Source: a virus (lineage: Duplodnaviria; Caudoviricetes). Taken from it: a stretch of DNA of 64,000 bases. Below, in pieces: positions 47,583 to 57,755 of the stretch. Position 1 is the first letter of the stretch, and each line of letters begins with the position of its first letter. The position numbers were made by a program, and so were the translations under genes. The DNA is taken from IMG/VR virus record IMGVR_UViG_3300025809_001850. The stretch is one strand, 5' to 3'. The notes under the pieces were generated by a model. It searched no databases, was not told where the DNA came from, and worked only from the letters and a program-made list of their open reading frames with translations.

Positions 47583-50033
47583 GTGACGATATATTTGCAG
47601 ACAGAAACTGATTTAATATCTTATGAACTAGGTGATGATATAAATCCTCCTACAAAGGTATTGTTTTTGGTATCTGATGCCCAATTAAGTGATGTAGACA
47701 GACGGTTTACATTAGAGTATGCGTATGAGTATGCTCAACCGGTTGGTAACACAGAGGATATTCAACTACCATTCGTTGTTGAACTTGAAAACAAGTTTTA
47801 TTATTCACTTCCGTGGAGAACGATTCAATTAATAGATGAAACCTTACCTGGTACAGGAGGAGAAACTCCTACTCCTTCTCCGAGTCCAACTACAACAATT
47901 ACACCGACTTTTTTTGAGGAAGAACCACTTGGAGAATATATTTATGATAGTATGGAAGCAACAAGTATAACAGGAGGATCAGACGGAAACTCTGTTGTTG
48001 GGTACAACGACAGAAGTTTAACTACGATTCAAGGTGTAAACGGAGTAACTGGATTATCTCTTGATAACAATGTTGTTACACTTACAGAAACAGGAAGATA
48101 TTATTTAAAAGCCCGTGGTGATGCTTGGAAACCAAGATATGTAAATACTAGTATTAATTTTATAAGTGGTGATTATGCAGGTGACGTATTTGACGGACCA
48201 CAAAGATGGGCAGATGATTCTGCAAAAGATCTTATTGTTACTGAAAATAGTGTTGTGGTTGATATAACTCAACCCACATCTTTGAAAGTACAAACAAAGG
48301 TGACAATAGGACAAACTTTTGGACTAGGTCACGGAGGAGCAACTTTATTCGTTCAGAAACTTGCGAATGCTGATGGTGGTGGTTCTTCAAGTGGTGTTGA
48401 AATAGGAAATGCAGATGTATTTAAAGACAAAAGTAACTTCAATGGAACGTTGCCAAGTGTTATTTACACAACATACCAAACTTTTATGTTTGCGTTGACA
48501 TTAACCGATATAGATGAAAATCCCGTAACCAATGCACCCACGGGTAGAATTTATTACCGATTTCCATATAGTAATAATGACGGAGGATGGTGGTTAGAGT
48601 TTTCCAACAATTCAGACGGAACTGTAATGTCTGCTTATGGAGTTTCACACCAATCGGTGAATGGTACGCAACTTTCTTCTTTACAAGAATATATTGATAA
48701 TGGATATGCTACGTTCCTTGGAAGTGGTGGAGGTGGTTCTTCTTTAAGTAATGGTTCTTCAACATTTTCATCACTAACAGATACACCATCTGAACTTTCT
48801 GCCGGAAAATACATCAAAGTAAATGATGAAGGGAATGGAATTGAATTTGTGGACGCACCGAGTGGTGATTCTTCTTCAAGTGGTGGTTCTTCAAGTGGAG
48901 GTTCTTCCAACTTTTATGGAGCGAATATATTTTTGACACAAGGGACGTTAGCAATAAAATCACAAACATCTGATTTTATTGAGTCGATCATCATGGTGGG
49001 TAATACGAATAACTTTGATATAACATTCAAGGACGGTATTTTCACAGAGCCACCAATTATGGTTTCCACCGCGGTAAATACGTCCGATAATTATCTTGAA
49101 GGAGTTCTTGTAAAATCAGATGCCTCTAGTGGAGATCTTTACGCTAGTGGTAAGAAGATGACAATAAGGTGGGAGTTGACTAGTGCGATTCGTTCTTATA
49201 TGACCACTGCGATTGACGGGGTTGGAGCAAATTTAGTCTTCATGAAAACCGGAGCCGATTTTGATGCTGGTTCTTCAAGTGGTGGTTCTCCTGCTGGTTC
49301 GGGTGGTGGTTCTTCTGGTGGAGCAGGTAGCTTGCAAGTCATTAAAGATAAGTCAAATTTTTACACAGATTTACCAGATGCAATTGTATGGCCACATTCT
49401 CCGGTAAGCACAGAGGCAGCTGACAGATCAGAAGCAATTTTACATTTAAAATATGTACATGAACCACATCCAACAAATGGGGTTGCAATAGATATATTTT
49501 ATGAATGCAGAGATGTAAATCAAGGAGGTGTATTTTTAGGATTTGGATTCAACAACAACTCAAATGGTGATTACGCACATTTGTATAGTAGTATTGCACA
49601 CTTCCAAGATATCCCAAGTGCTACAAATTCATTAAAATGGTTCATTGAAAATAATCGTGCGATTTATTATGGTGGAGGTAGTGGAAGTACATCAACCTTT
49701 TCATTGTCCAACAAAACTAAAGAAGTTCTGGTTGATACAAGCACTACGTCAATAACAGAATCTTCCGAAGAAACATCCAGTGGATTTTCAAATCCACCAT
49801 ACAAAGTTTTTCACAATGGATACGAATTCTTTTTGGTGTCACATACACAAGATTATATCAAATACCAAGGACTTGATGCAGATGATCTTATTCACACTAT
49901 ATTCTTTGAAAATGATGAAATGGGAACTTTGAAATCAGTTAGTGACGATAATAATACGGTATTTTTTGTGGGTGTATCTGATTTAAAGATTATGATAGAC
50001 AACGGAAATTGTGAATATCTTGATTCTCAATAA
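47583..50033 (+). CDS. Large Gly/Ser-linker modular structural-type protein with internal domain repeats
   Basis: KDKSNF..LP..I occurs twice; I(D/E)N(G/N)xxx(F/Y) three times; SSGGS linkers. Confidence 0.6.
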   Translation: MTIYLQTETDLISYELGDDINPPTKVLFLVSDAQLSDVDRRFTLEYAYEYAQPVGNTEDIQLPFVVELENKFYYSLPWRTIQLIDETLPGTGGETPTPSPSPTTTITPTFFEEEPLGEYIYDSMEATSITGGSDGNSVVGYNDRSLTTIQGVNGVTGLSLDNNVVTLTETGRYYLKARGDAWKPRYVNTSINFISGDYAGDVFDGPQRWADDSAKDLIVTENSVVVDITQPTSLKVQTKVTIGQTFGLGHGGATLFVQKLANADGGGSSSGVEIGNADVFKDKSNFNGTLPSVIYTTYQTFMFALTLTDIDENPVTNAPTGRIYYRFPYSNNDGGWWLEFSNNSDGTVMSAYGVSHQSVNGTQLSSLQEYIDNGYATFLGSGGGGSSLSNGSSTFSSLTDTPSELSAGKYIKVNDEGNGIEFVDAPSGDSSSSGGSSSGGSSNFYGANIFLTQGTLAIKSQTSDFIESIIMVGNTNNFDITFKDGIFTEPPIMVSTAVNTSDNYLEGVLVKSDASSGDLYASGKKMTIRWELTSAIRSYMTTAIDGVGANLVFMKTGADFDAGSSSGGSPAGSGGGSSGGAGSLQVIKDKSNFYTDLPDAIVWPHSPVSTEAADRSEAILHLKYVHEPHPTNGVAIDIFYECRDVNQGGVFLGFGFNNNSNGDYAHLYSSIAHFQDIPSATNSLKWFIENNRAIYYGGGSGSTSTFSLSNKTKEVLVDTSTTSITESSEETSSGFSNPPYKVFHNGYEFFLVSHTQDYIKYQGLDADDLIHTIFFENDEMGTLKSVSDDNNTVFFVGVSDLKIMIDNGNCEYLDSQ

Positions 50034-50080
50034 AAATATTTGTATTGAAAAATGAATAAAGTTGTGTTATATTCACAACA

Positions 50081-50710
50081 ATGAAATCAAAGGCAAATAT
50101 ATTTCAAGATATTATTCAAGATGCACGTGAAAAACATCGTTTGTTGGTCGTGAACACTCGTTTAAAATTAAAAGAACTTGAAAAACCATTTCTATGCCTT
50201 AGACTTGCCTTCAAACAACCAAAAGTTAAAAACAGAACATACAAAATTAAAGGACTAGAACCACGACATCTCAGCATTTTACCCATCAATTCAAAAAAAC
50301 GAACATCAACTGGTTTCATATCCGTGCATAACAATGCTTCGTTTTTTGGGTACGAACTTTCTAAAGTTAAATTAGATTTTGTAAAAATGCAATCAGATGG
50401 TTACGACAAAGAATTATTAACACTTGAAAGAAAACTACACGAAGAGTTTTCCAACAAAACCAGAGTAATGATAATGTCTGCGGAAATAGATATGGCTGCC
50501 AATGAAATTTTTGAAAGTGATGTAGATTTTTATTTGGCATCAAAAGCATATAAAGTCAACCGACTGCATTCTACACCACGACACACCGGTAAAATTGTAG
50601 GTTTAGAATATAATCCACATATGGCAGAAATAAACGCAAAAGTAAAATCTGAACATCAAGGAGAACAAATTATTGACAACGAACAACATATTGTTAATAT
50701 ATGGGATTGA
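50081..50710 (+). CDS. Hypothetical protein
   Basis: 209-aa ORF. Confidence 0.6.
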   Translation: MKSKANIFQDIIQDAREKHRLLVVNTRLKLKELEKPFLCLRLAFKQPKVKNRTYKIKGLEPRHLSILPINSKKRTSTGFISVHNNASFFGYELSKVKLDFVKMQSDGYDKELLTLERKLHEEFSNKTRVMIMSAEIDMAANEIFESDVDFYLASKAYKVNRLHSTPRHTGKIVGLEYNPHMAEINAKVKSEHQGEQIIDNEQHIVNIWD

Positions 50711-50711
50711 T

Positions 50712-51299
50712 ATGAAAGCAATATTTGGAATGCACAAAGGTGACTTCGGAGAGGTTCAGTTCTCCGAATTGGTAACGAATCAACTTTATCGTGTTAGTGT
50801 ATCTTGTGGTGATGAACGTTGGATTAATCCAAAGTTAAGTCGGTGGAAAGGTCATTTAATATTATGGATTCGTCAGAAAAACGATGCAGGATATTTTCCA
50901 CGAAAAGGTTGGGGATTCAATTTGTTGTTTAAACCCGAAAGTCAACAAGAAAAGAAAATGCTTTATGAATATCAATGGACATATTCACCTGCACCAAATG
51001 TGATTTCATATTTAATAACTCCACAGTGGCCTAATAAAATTGAACCAGATTCTATTTGGGAAAAAGTGCAGGATAACAAACTTTATTCAGCAACCATTTC
51101 TGATTACCAAGAAGACTTGAAAAGCAAAATGCAAGCAAAAGCAAAAGAAAATAAAGCACAACGAGAAACTCTTGAACAATTTGTTCCGGAAAAAGTGAAT
51201 GAAATAATTCCAGATGACAACTATGATGCTTTGTTTGACGGAGAAGATTTACCATCACATGAAGAACTACAGGCCGAATTTAATGTTGACGATGATTAA
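50712..51299 (+). CDS. Hypothetical protein
   Basis: ATG 50712 directly after upstream stop. Confidence 0.6.
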   Translation: MKAIFGMHKGDFGEVQFSELVTNQLYRVSVSCGDERWINPKLSRWKGHLILWIRQKNDAGYFPRKGWGFNLLFKPESQQEKKMLYEYQWTYSPAPNVISYLITPQWPNKIEPDSIWEKVQDNKLYSATISDYQEDLKSKMQAKAKENKAQRETLEQFVPEKVNEIIPDDNYDALFDGEDLPSHEELQAEFNVDDD

Positions 51300-51321
51300 A
51301 ATAATTGACATAATAAAAAGC

Positions 51322-51609
51322 ATGAATATTAATTTAGATGATAAACTGGTGAAAGAACTTGATTCTGTATTTGAAAACGAACGAAAAACCCAAGTTGAAT
51401 GGGATGTATGCATTGAAGACATTGTAGAAGAATTCATTGCAAGACAAAAAGGAACTTGGTATGAAGATAACTTTGTAGAAGAGCAAGAAGAACCTGATGA
51501 GGTTCACTTTGATCTCAGAGGCATTGGTTCTTCCAACGGAAAAAATGGCCATTTAAATGGTTCACTTACTCAACCACCATTTAAAAAGAAGAATTTACAC
51601 AATCGGTAA
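51322..51609 (+). CDS. Acidic hypothetical protein
   Basis: Probable start ATG 51322. Confidence 0.5.
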   Translation: MNINLDDKLVKELDSVFENERKTQVEWDVCIEDIVEEFIARQKGTWYEDNFVEEQEEPDEVHFDLRGIGSSNGKNGHLNGSLTQPPFKKKNLHNR

Positions 51610-51649
51610 CGATAAGTAAATGGTGGAACGTGTCATTCGTGACATCCCT

Positions 51650-51681
51650 AAAGTGGTCATTGAAAGATGACCACTTTTTTT
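51650..51681 (+). terminator. Intrinsic terminator
   Basis: AAAGTGGTCAT-TGAAAG-ATGACCACTTT followed by T-run; preceded by TGTCA-TTCG-TGACA hairpin. Confidence 0.8.
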
Positions 51682-51899
51682 GTACTTGTGGTGTGTTGAT
51701 AATATGTTAATAACTTTTTGTTGCAATATTCATGAATATCATTCATAGTATATAAATCATGTATATCAATCATTCATCATTCAAAGAAGTCGAGTGGTTA
51801 TATTAACCTAGTCGGAGCAATTCGGCATCGTCCGCAAAACGAAGATATCGTGTAGACCTCCCCTTCCCCAGGGGGAGGTCATTTTTATAAAAATAATGC

Positions 51900-51946
51900 T
51901 TGACTTTTTATAATAAATTTGGTAGTATACTTGTATTGAGAGTGAG
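51900..51946 (+). promoter_or_regulatory. Full-length early promoter/leader cassette
   Basis: TTGACTTTTTATAATAAATTTGGTAGTATACTTGTATTGAGAGTGAG. Confidence 0.88.
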
Positions 51947-52135
51947 TTAAAAGAAACTTAAAAAAAAGAAAAAATATGAATGAGAGTGAAATAGTAGAAT
52001 ACGTCCAAACTAACGCAAGGTATCATAGTCAGATTGATATGCCTTATGCAGTATATTTCAACGGTCGTCCTCTTTTTGGAGATGACCCGAGAGATTTGGT
52101 GGAACAAATTTTGGACATTGTAAACGGATAATAAA

Positions 52136-52396
52136 ATGAATATCAAAGAAAACATATACGCAAACGAAAATTTAACCAAGTCACAGGAAGATGTAATTGA
52201 CGTAATCAATTCACAAGGTTTGGAAACTTTCTTTCACACTTCAACATACGGATCAGAAGTTACTCCAAATACCGAAGGTGGTTATGGTGGCTATGCTCAT
52301 CAAATGGCAATTCGTGGTCTTGAAAAAAGAGGAATAATTATCGTACAACATATGTGGAGAGGCGCAACTTGCAGATTGAACTTAAATAAACAATAA
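52136..52396 (+). CDS. Small winged-helix-like hypothetical protein
   Basis: LTKSQEDVI..AIRGLEKRGII..W.G..CRL. Confidence 0.5.
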   Translation: MNIKENIYANENLTKSQEDVIDVINSQGLETFFHTSTYGSEVTPNTEGGYGGYAHQMAIRGLEKRGIIIVQHMWRGATCRLNLNKQ

Positions 52397-52560
52397 CATG
52401 AACTTAAATAATTTTTCAGATACAATAGAAGTTCCTGAATGTGGAATGTATCAACTAACTAAAATAGAAAACCAAGGAGTTGCAAACAGAGAAACTGCAA
52501 TTTACGAAAGAATTGAATGGGATGCTCTTGCTCCTTGGATTGTAAAAATAAAGGCAAATA

Positions 52561-52773
52561 ATGATTCCTAAGTATAATATCGGAGACATCGTCTCAAGCA
52601 ATGGCATTAAAGGGTCAGTACGTGCCATAGAACTTGATTCTATGATTACTGCTAACGTTCAACCATATTATGTTGTAAGCATGGAATATGGTAAAGAATT
52701 ACTACCGGAGAGTTCACTTGAAACAAGTGGATTTTTAAATGTGATTAAAAGTATGATTTCCAAAATATTGTGA
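52561..52773 (+). CDS. Small SH3/KOW-like hypothetical protein
   Basis: PKYNIGDIV..G.V..I..YYV..E..L. Confidence 0.5.
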   Translation: MIPKYNIGDIVSSNGIKGSVRAIELDSMITANVQPYYVVSMEYGKELLPESSLETSGFLNVIKSMISKIL

Positions 52774-52912
52774 AAATCGGAGATCAATACAATTTAAAAG
52801 GATTTGGTCGGATAACCATAAAATCATTCAAAAAAGAAATAGTTGTGGTATCAGGATCAGGATTAAATTTGACAATCAAAAAAACAAGACTAATATCAAT
52901 GGGAACAAAATT

Positions 52913-53233
52913 ATGAGCAATTATGTATTTAATGGAAAAGACAATTTAGATGATGAAGCAACACATCCATTCGCAGGAATAACAGGAACCTTGATTGATC
53001 AAGGTGCAATGACAGAAGCAGGATACGATGGTTTGATTGCTTTGAATACCACATTCAAAGATTTAGCAAATAGTATGACTGAACAAAGCAACGGACAATA
53101 TACTTTTACAGAACAAGAAGTAGAAGAATTATATTCTCCATACAACTTTGATTTTGATTCTACTCAAACTGCAATTGTTGCAGAACGACCTGTCACAGAA
53201 GTAAATGTCAAGATTGAGTTGTTTCCTCTATAA
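52913..53233 (+). CDS. Hypothetical protein
   Basis: 106-aa ORF. Confidence 0.55.
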   Translation: MSNYVFNGKDNLDDEATHPFAGITGTLIDQGAMTEAGYDGLIALNTTFKDLANSMTEQSNGQYTFTEQEVEELYSPYNFDFDSTQTAIVAERPVTEVNVKIELFPL

Positions 53234-53241
53234 TTAGAACA

Positions 53242-53270
53242 TTGACAATATTCGTTTGGTGTCTTACTAT
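53242..53270 (+). promoter_or_regulatory. Sigma70-like promoter of clpP, near-leaderless
   Basis: TTGACA-17-TACTAT, 9 nt before ATG 53280. Confidence 0.65.
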
Positions 53271-53279
53271 TTAACACAT

Positions 53280-53897
53280 ATGGAAATTCAAAACAATGTA
53301 TACTTACCACTTCCGCACGTTTACGAACGTGAAGGCAGACAAGAACGTGCTTGGGACATTTATAGTCGTTTGCTTAGAGATAGAATTATTTTTATCGGAA
53401 CGCAAATTGATTCTTATGTCGCAAATTCCATCATTGCACAACTTTTGTTTTTGCAAATGGAAGACCCCAAGAAAGATGTTCATGTTTACATCAATTCTCC
53501 GGGTGGAAGTGTTTCCGATGGAATGGCAATTTACGATACCTTGAGATTCATGGAATGTGATGTTACTACTTACTGCATCGGAATGGCTGCAAGCATGGGA
53601 GCAGTATTACTTGCAAGTGGAACAAAAGGAAAACGATATGCACTTCCCAATAGTCGTGTTATGATTCACCAACCAAGTGGAGGAGCACAAGGACAAGCAA
53701 GTGACATCAGCATTTCAGCAAAAGAAATTATTCGTTGGAGAAAGATTCTCAATGAAGTTCTTGCAGAACAAAGTGGACAACCTGTGAAAAAAATTGAAAA
53801 AGATACAGATCGTGATTATTATATGACTGCACTTGAAGCAAAAGAGTATGGTCTTATTGACGAAGTAGTTGAACGCAAATCAGATTCAGACAAATGA
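53280..53897 (+). CDS. clpP: ATP-dependent Clp protease proteolytic subunit
   Basis: [28 protein letters not shown] (Ser), MIHQP (His), DTDRD (Asp). Confidence 0.97.
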   Translation: MEIQNNVYLPLPHVYEREGRQERAWDIYSRLLRDRIIFIGTQIDSYVANSIIAQLLFLQMEDPKKDVHVYINSPGGSVSDGMAIYDTLRFMECDVTTYCIGMAASMGAVLLASGTKGKRYALPNSRVMIHQPSGGAQGQASDISISAKEIIRWRKILNEVLAEQSGQPVKKIEKDTDRDYYMTALEAKEYGLIDEVVERKSDSDK

Positions 53898-54568
53898 GAA
53901 GTATTTTTATTTTAAAACTTTTAGTGTGCAACGCATTAATTGCCGAGCAATCATTATTTGACGGAAAAACCTTAAATGGATGGTCCGGCAATTCACAATA
54001 TTGGAGTGTAGAAAATCAATCAATCGTTGGAATAAATACAAAACAAAATCCAACTAAAGGAAACACATTTCTGATTTGGAAAAACGGAACATTAAAAAAC
54101 TTTGATTTAAGTCTTGAATGTAAAATAGAAACTGGAAATAGTGGAATTCAATACAGAAGTTTTTTGAAACCTGGGAAGCATGACGGATTCAGAGTTGGTG
54201 GATATCAAGCAGATTTTGAATCAGGAGATAAATTCTCTGGAATATGCTATGGAGAAGCATTTCGTGGAATATTATCATTGCGAGGAGATTCTACCACTTT
54301 AACCCGAACTTCTGATGGAAAATTAAGCAAACGAATCACTAAGATTGGAAATGCAAATGAACTTGGAAGTTATGTTAAAAAGAATCAATGGAATCATTAT
54401 CGCATCGTAGCAAACGGATTTCACTTTGAGCATTACATCAATAACAAAAAAATGTGCGAAGTAATAGATAATGATGTTAAACAACGAAGAACTGAAGGCC
54501 TGCTTGCATTGCAACTTCATGCAGGACCTCCAATGAAAGTTTATTATCGCAACATTATACTAAAATGA
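53894..54568 (+). CDS. DUF1080 / 3-keto-disaccharide hydrolase family, exported
   Basis: [51 protein letters not shown]. Confidence 0.88.
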   Translation: MRSIFILKLLVCNALIAEQSLFDGKTLNGWSGNSQYWSVENQSIVGINTKQNPTKGNTFLIWKNGTLKNFDLSLECKIETGNSGIQYRSFLKPGKHDGFRVGGYQADFESGDKFSGICYGEAFRGILSLRGDSTTLTRTSDGKLSKRITKIGNANELGSYVKKNQWNHYRIVANGFHFEHYINNKKMCEVIDNDVKQRRTEGLLALQLHAGPPMKVYYRNIILK

Positions 54569-54747
54569 GAAACCGCAAATTAAGTATACAAGATCATATT
54601 CAGGTACTTGAAGAAACCATAAAATGGTACGAAGCACAAATTCTTCCACAAGATTGTGGATGGATGCACACAACCATCAGTGGAATTGAAAACAGAATCA
54701 AAGACTTGAAACGGCAGTTACCGCCGAGACCAAACATCCATTTGTAA
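54565..54747 (+). CDS. Hypothetical protein
   Basis: ATGA-coupled 60 aa. Confidence 0.5.
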   Translation: MRNRKLSIQDHIQVLEETIKWYEAQILPQDCGWMHTTISGIENRIKDLKRQLPPRPNIHL

Positions 54748-54757
54748 AAAATAGTGC

Positions 54758-54786
54758 TTGACTTTTTATAATATCTATGGCATACT
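54758..54786 (+). promoter_or_regulatory. Early promoter cassette copy
   Basis: TTGACT-TTTTATAATATCTATGG-CATACT. Confidence 0.75.
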
Positions 54787-54792
54787 TTAGGT

Positions 54793-54987
54793 ATGATTGA
54801 GAGTAAAGTAGAAGTAAGAATTCAAAAGTGGTCAACTCATTGGTCGGTTAAAATATTTGATCAAGGTGAATATCCACGTGTACGAACTGCATCAAGTATT
54901 TCGCACCTGAAGACAATCAAAAAAGAAGAAAATCTAAATTCTTCTCGTTATAGGATTATTATTCAGAATCACGATTTTAGTGCTTGA
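54793..54987 (+). CDS. Hypothetical protein
   Basis: Single gene between two promoter cassettes. Confidence 0.55.
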   Translation: MIESKVEVRIQKWSTHWSVKIFDQGEYPRVRTASSISHLKTIKKEENLNSSRYRIIIQNHDFSA

Positions 54988-55030
54988 CTTTTTATAATAA
55001 TTTTGGTAGTATGTTTATATTGAGAATGAG
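54984..55030 (+). promoter_or_regulatory. Early promoter/leader cassette
   Basis: TTGACT-17-TAGTAT-GTTTATATTGAGAATGAG. Confidence 0.82.
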
Positions 55031-55051
55031 TAAGAGAGAAATAAAAAAAAT

Positions 55052-57373
55052 ATGAGTTTGTTAAAAGATTTACATAGTTCCTTTTGGATGGATGATGACG
55101 GATTAGACGATGATGATTTCCTCGTTGATAATTCCCATCAAGAACGTAAAGGTGGATTGAGTTACGGAGATTTAATCAAGTTGACTTCACGACGTCGTGC
55201 GATTGCCAACTTTGTTAATATTCTTACAGGTCAAAATATTCCTGTTGAATTTAGTTCACGTGGTGGTGAAAATTATACTGATGGTAAAAAGGTTGTGATT
55301 TCAGCAGATGCCAAAAACGAAACATTTGATGCAGATGTTGGATTGGCACTTCACGAAGCATCCCACATTTTACTAAGTGACTTTGAAGTTATTCAAAGAA
55401 TTATCGGTGATCCAACATCAATGCGTTCAGATGATCACTTTCCGATTTTGCGTGAAAGTTTTGTTGCAAAAAATCAAGCAGAAAAAAAGTTGGTTAAGTT
55501 TGTTTTGAATATTCTGAAAAACGAAGATATTAAAAAGCAACTTAATGATAATGGACAAATCAAGTTTCAAAGACAAATGGTTTTGTTTGCCAAAGATATG
55601 TGGAATTGGGTTGAAGATCGTAGAATTGATCATTATGTGTTTTCAAATGCTCCTGGATATCGTGAATATTATATGTCACTTTATGGTCAGTATTTTCGCA
55701 CCAAAGAAATCGGCAAAGCACTTCAAAGTGATGAATACCGTGACGAAAATCTTGATAGTTACACAATGCGTGTGATTAATCTTCTTAATGACGAACGTGA
55801 TTTAAATGCGTTGAGTGGTCTTCGTGATATCATCAAAGTTCTTGATTTGAATAACATTGCACGATTAAAGAATTCGTATGATGCTCTTTCAGTTGCAGTT
55901 GATATTTCCGAAATCATTTTCAATAACGTTGATTGGAATCAGCAAATGGAACAAACCAAAAACGGAGAATCTTCCGAAGGAAATTCCGAAACTAATTTCA
56001 ACAACGATGATTTTAATGATCCACCTGAATCTAAAGAAAGCAAGTCAGATTCAAATGAAAACTCTGATGAAAATCAAAAAAGTGGTGAAGGTCAATCTGA
56101 CGAAAATTCTGATGAAAATGGTGCTTCAGGTGCAAGTGAATCTTCTGATGACAATTCAGAAAGTGCTTCAAATGGAAGTAATGATTCTGATGAAGATGCT
56201 GAAGGAAATTCTGCGGAATCGTCTGATGAAGATAATAAGGAATCTGACGAAAAATCCAAAAAGAATTCATTAAGCAAGACTTTAAAGAAACGAGTTGAAA
56301 ACCAACTCAAAAAGCAAAAAGAATTCATGGAAGGTGATACCAAGAAAAAAAGTGCTTCCAAAAAAGATCAAGAAGCAATGAAGTCAGTTGAACAAAGTGG
56401 TTCAGAAATTGTTCAAGTTGGAACTGACGTTCATGGTGAACATGGTTACTATAAAGCACGAAGCATTGATTGCATCGTAGTTAAAAATCTTACCAAAGCA
56501 CTTATTGAAAGCAGAGAATTTCCAATGAAAAGTTATCAACGAGAAACATTTTCAAAAACGAGTGTTGAAAAAGGAATTGTTATGGGAACCGTTCTTGGAA
56601 AGAAACTTCAAATTCGTAGTGAAGTTCGTGAACTTAAAACGATGCGTCAACGCACCGGCCGAATTGAAAGAAGATTGCTGAGTGAACTTGGATATGGAAT
56701 GGAAAATGTGTTTGGTCACATTGAAATCAGCAAATACAAAAAGGCAATGCTTTATATCAGCATTGATGCTTCTTCAAGTATGTTTAGTGGAAGTTACACC
56801 AACGATAATAGCAAGTGGCATCGTACAATGACTGCAAGTGTTGCAATGGCAAAGGCCGCAAGCATGATTGACAATCTTGATGTTCGCATTGATTTTCGTG
56901 CAACTAAAGGTGATTTTCCTTATGTTGTAATTGCATACGATTCAACTAAAGATAACTTTATGAAGTTGAGAACTTTGTTTCCTATGCTTTCACCTTGTGG
57001 TTATACTCCCGAAGGATTGTGCTTTGAAGCATTAAGCAAAACATTTGTTCCTGCAACAAGTGAACGTGATGTTTACTTTGTGAACATTTCAGATGGTCAA
57101 CCTTATTTTCAAACAAAAGGAGCAAACGGATTTGATTATGTAGGCAACGAAGCTGCAAATCACACTAAAAGACAAGTTGATATTCTTCGTAAAAAAGGTA
57201 TCTTGGTTTCAAGTTACTATGTTGAAGATTCTGATTCATCTTGGTATCGTGAACGTTTCGTTCAAGCATTCAAAAGAATGTACGGCAAAGATGCTCAGTT
57301 TATCAATGTCAGCAATGTTCACGAAGTTGCAAAAACTATGAACAAAAAGTTTCTTGCTAAAAGTGTAAATTAG
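55052..57373 (+). CDS. VWA-domain protein with N-terminal HExxH domain and acidic low-complexity linker (CobT-like MoxR partner)
   Basis: LHEASH, VEDRRID, D/E/S/N-rich linker, MIDAS IDASSSM..TPEG..ISDGQP. Confidence 0.85.
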   Translation: MSLLKDLHSSFWMDDDGLDDDDFLVDNSHQERKGGLSYGDLIKLTSRRRAIANFVNILTGQNIPVEFSSRGGENYTDGKKVVISADAKNETFDADVGLALHEASHILLSDFEVIQRIIGDPTSMRSDDHFPILRESFVAKNQAEKKLVKFVLNILKNEDIKKQLNDNGQIKFQRQMVLFAKDMWNWVEDRRIDHYVFSNAPGYREYYMSLYGQYFRTKEIGKALQSDEYRDENLDSYTMRVINLLNDERDLNALSGLRDIIKVLDLNNIARLKNSYDALSVAVDISEIIFNNVDWNQQMEQTKNGESSEGNSETNFNNDDFNDPPESKESKSDSNENSDENQKSGEGQSDENSDENGASGASESSDDNSESASNGSNDSDEDAEGNSAESSDEDNKESDEKSKKNSLSKTLKKRVENQLKKQKEFMEGDTKKKSASKKDQEAMKSVEQSGSEIVQVGTDVHGEHGYYKARSIDCIVVKNLTKALIESREFPMKSYQRETFSKTSVEKGIVMGTVLGKKLQIRSEVRELKTMRQRTGRIERRLLSELGYGMENVFGHIEISKYKKAMLYISIDASSSMFSGSYTNDNSKWHRTMTASVAMAKAASMIDNLDVRIDFRATKGDFPYVVIAYDSTKDNFMKLRTLFPMLSPCGYTPEGLCFEALSKTFVPATSERDVYFVNISDGQPYFQTKGANGFDYVGNEAANHTKRQVDILRKKGILVSSYYVEDSDSSWYRERFVQAFKRMYGKDAQFINVSNVHEVAKTMNKKFLAKSVN

Positions 57374-57376
57374 GGG

Positions 57377-57405
57377 TTGACTTTTTATAATAATTTTGGT
57401 AAAGT
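57377..57405 (+). promoter_or_regulatory. Early promoter cassette copy
   Basis: TTGACT-TTTTATAATAATTTTGG-TAAAGT. Confidence 0.75.
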
Positions 57406-57414
57406 ATATAAACA

Positions 57415-57675
57415 ATGAGTGATACAGAAAATACAATAAAATGGCAACCTTTGCCATCATTGAAATCAGAAAAGATTGATGATCTTTTCAAAAATTTGTA
57501 TGGAGTTGATCGTAAAACTTCAATTACCAATTGTACTTGTGTTTCGTGTGGTGTTGAAAACATTACGGAAAACTCGTTTCGTGAAGATGTTTCACTTCGT
57601 GAATTTCACATCTCCGGATTGTGCCAAGTGTGTCAAGATAAAATCTTTGGATTTGAAGAAACTTTAGAAAAATAA
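57415..57675 (+). CDS. Small CxxC..CxxC zinc-finger protein
   Basis: CVSC..FR..SL.EF.ISGLCQVCQD.IF. Confidence 0.65.
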   Translation: MSDTENTIKWQPLPSLKSEKIDDLFKNLYGVDRKTSITNCTCVSCGVENITENSFREDVSLREFHISGLCQVCQDKIFGFEETLEK

Positions 57676-57678
57676 AGC

Positions 57679-57707
57679 TTGACTTTTTATAGAAAATTTA
57701 GTAATAT
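57679..57707 (+). promoter_or_regulatory. Early promoter cassette copy
   Basis: TTGACT-17-TAATAT. Confidence 0.75.
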
Positions 57708-57755
57708 TAAGATTCAAAACTGAGAGAATAACAAGAGAAAAAAAAAACAAAAATT

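Noticed and set aside
2369-54730. CGCCGAGAC as adapter contamination
   Set aside because: Does not match the Nextera/TruSeq sequence context and lies in frame inside intact conserved genes (metK, galE).
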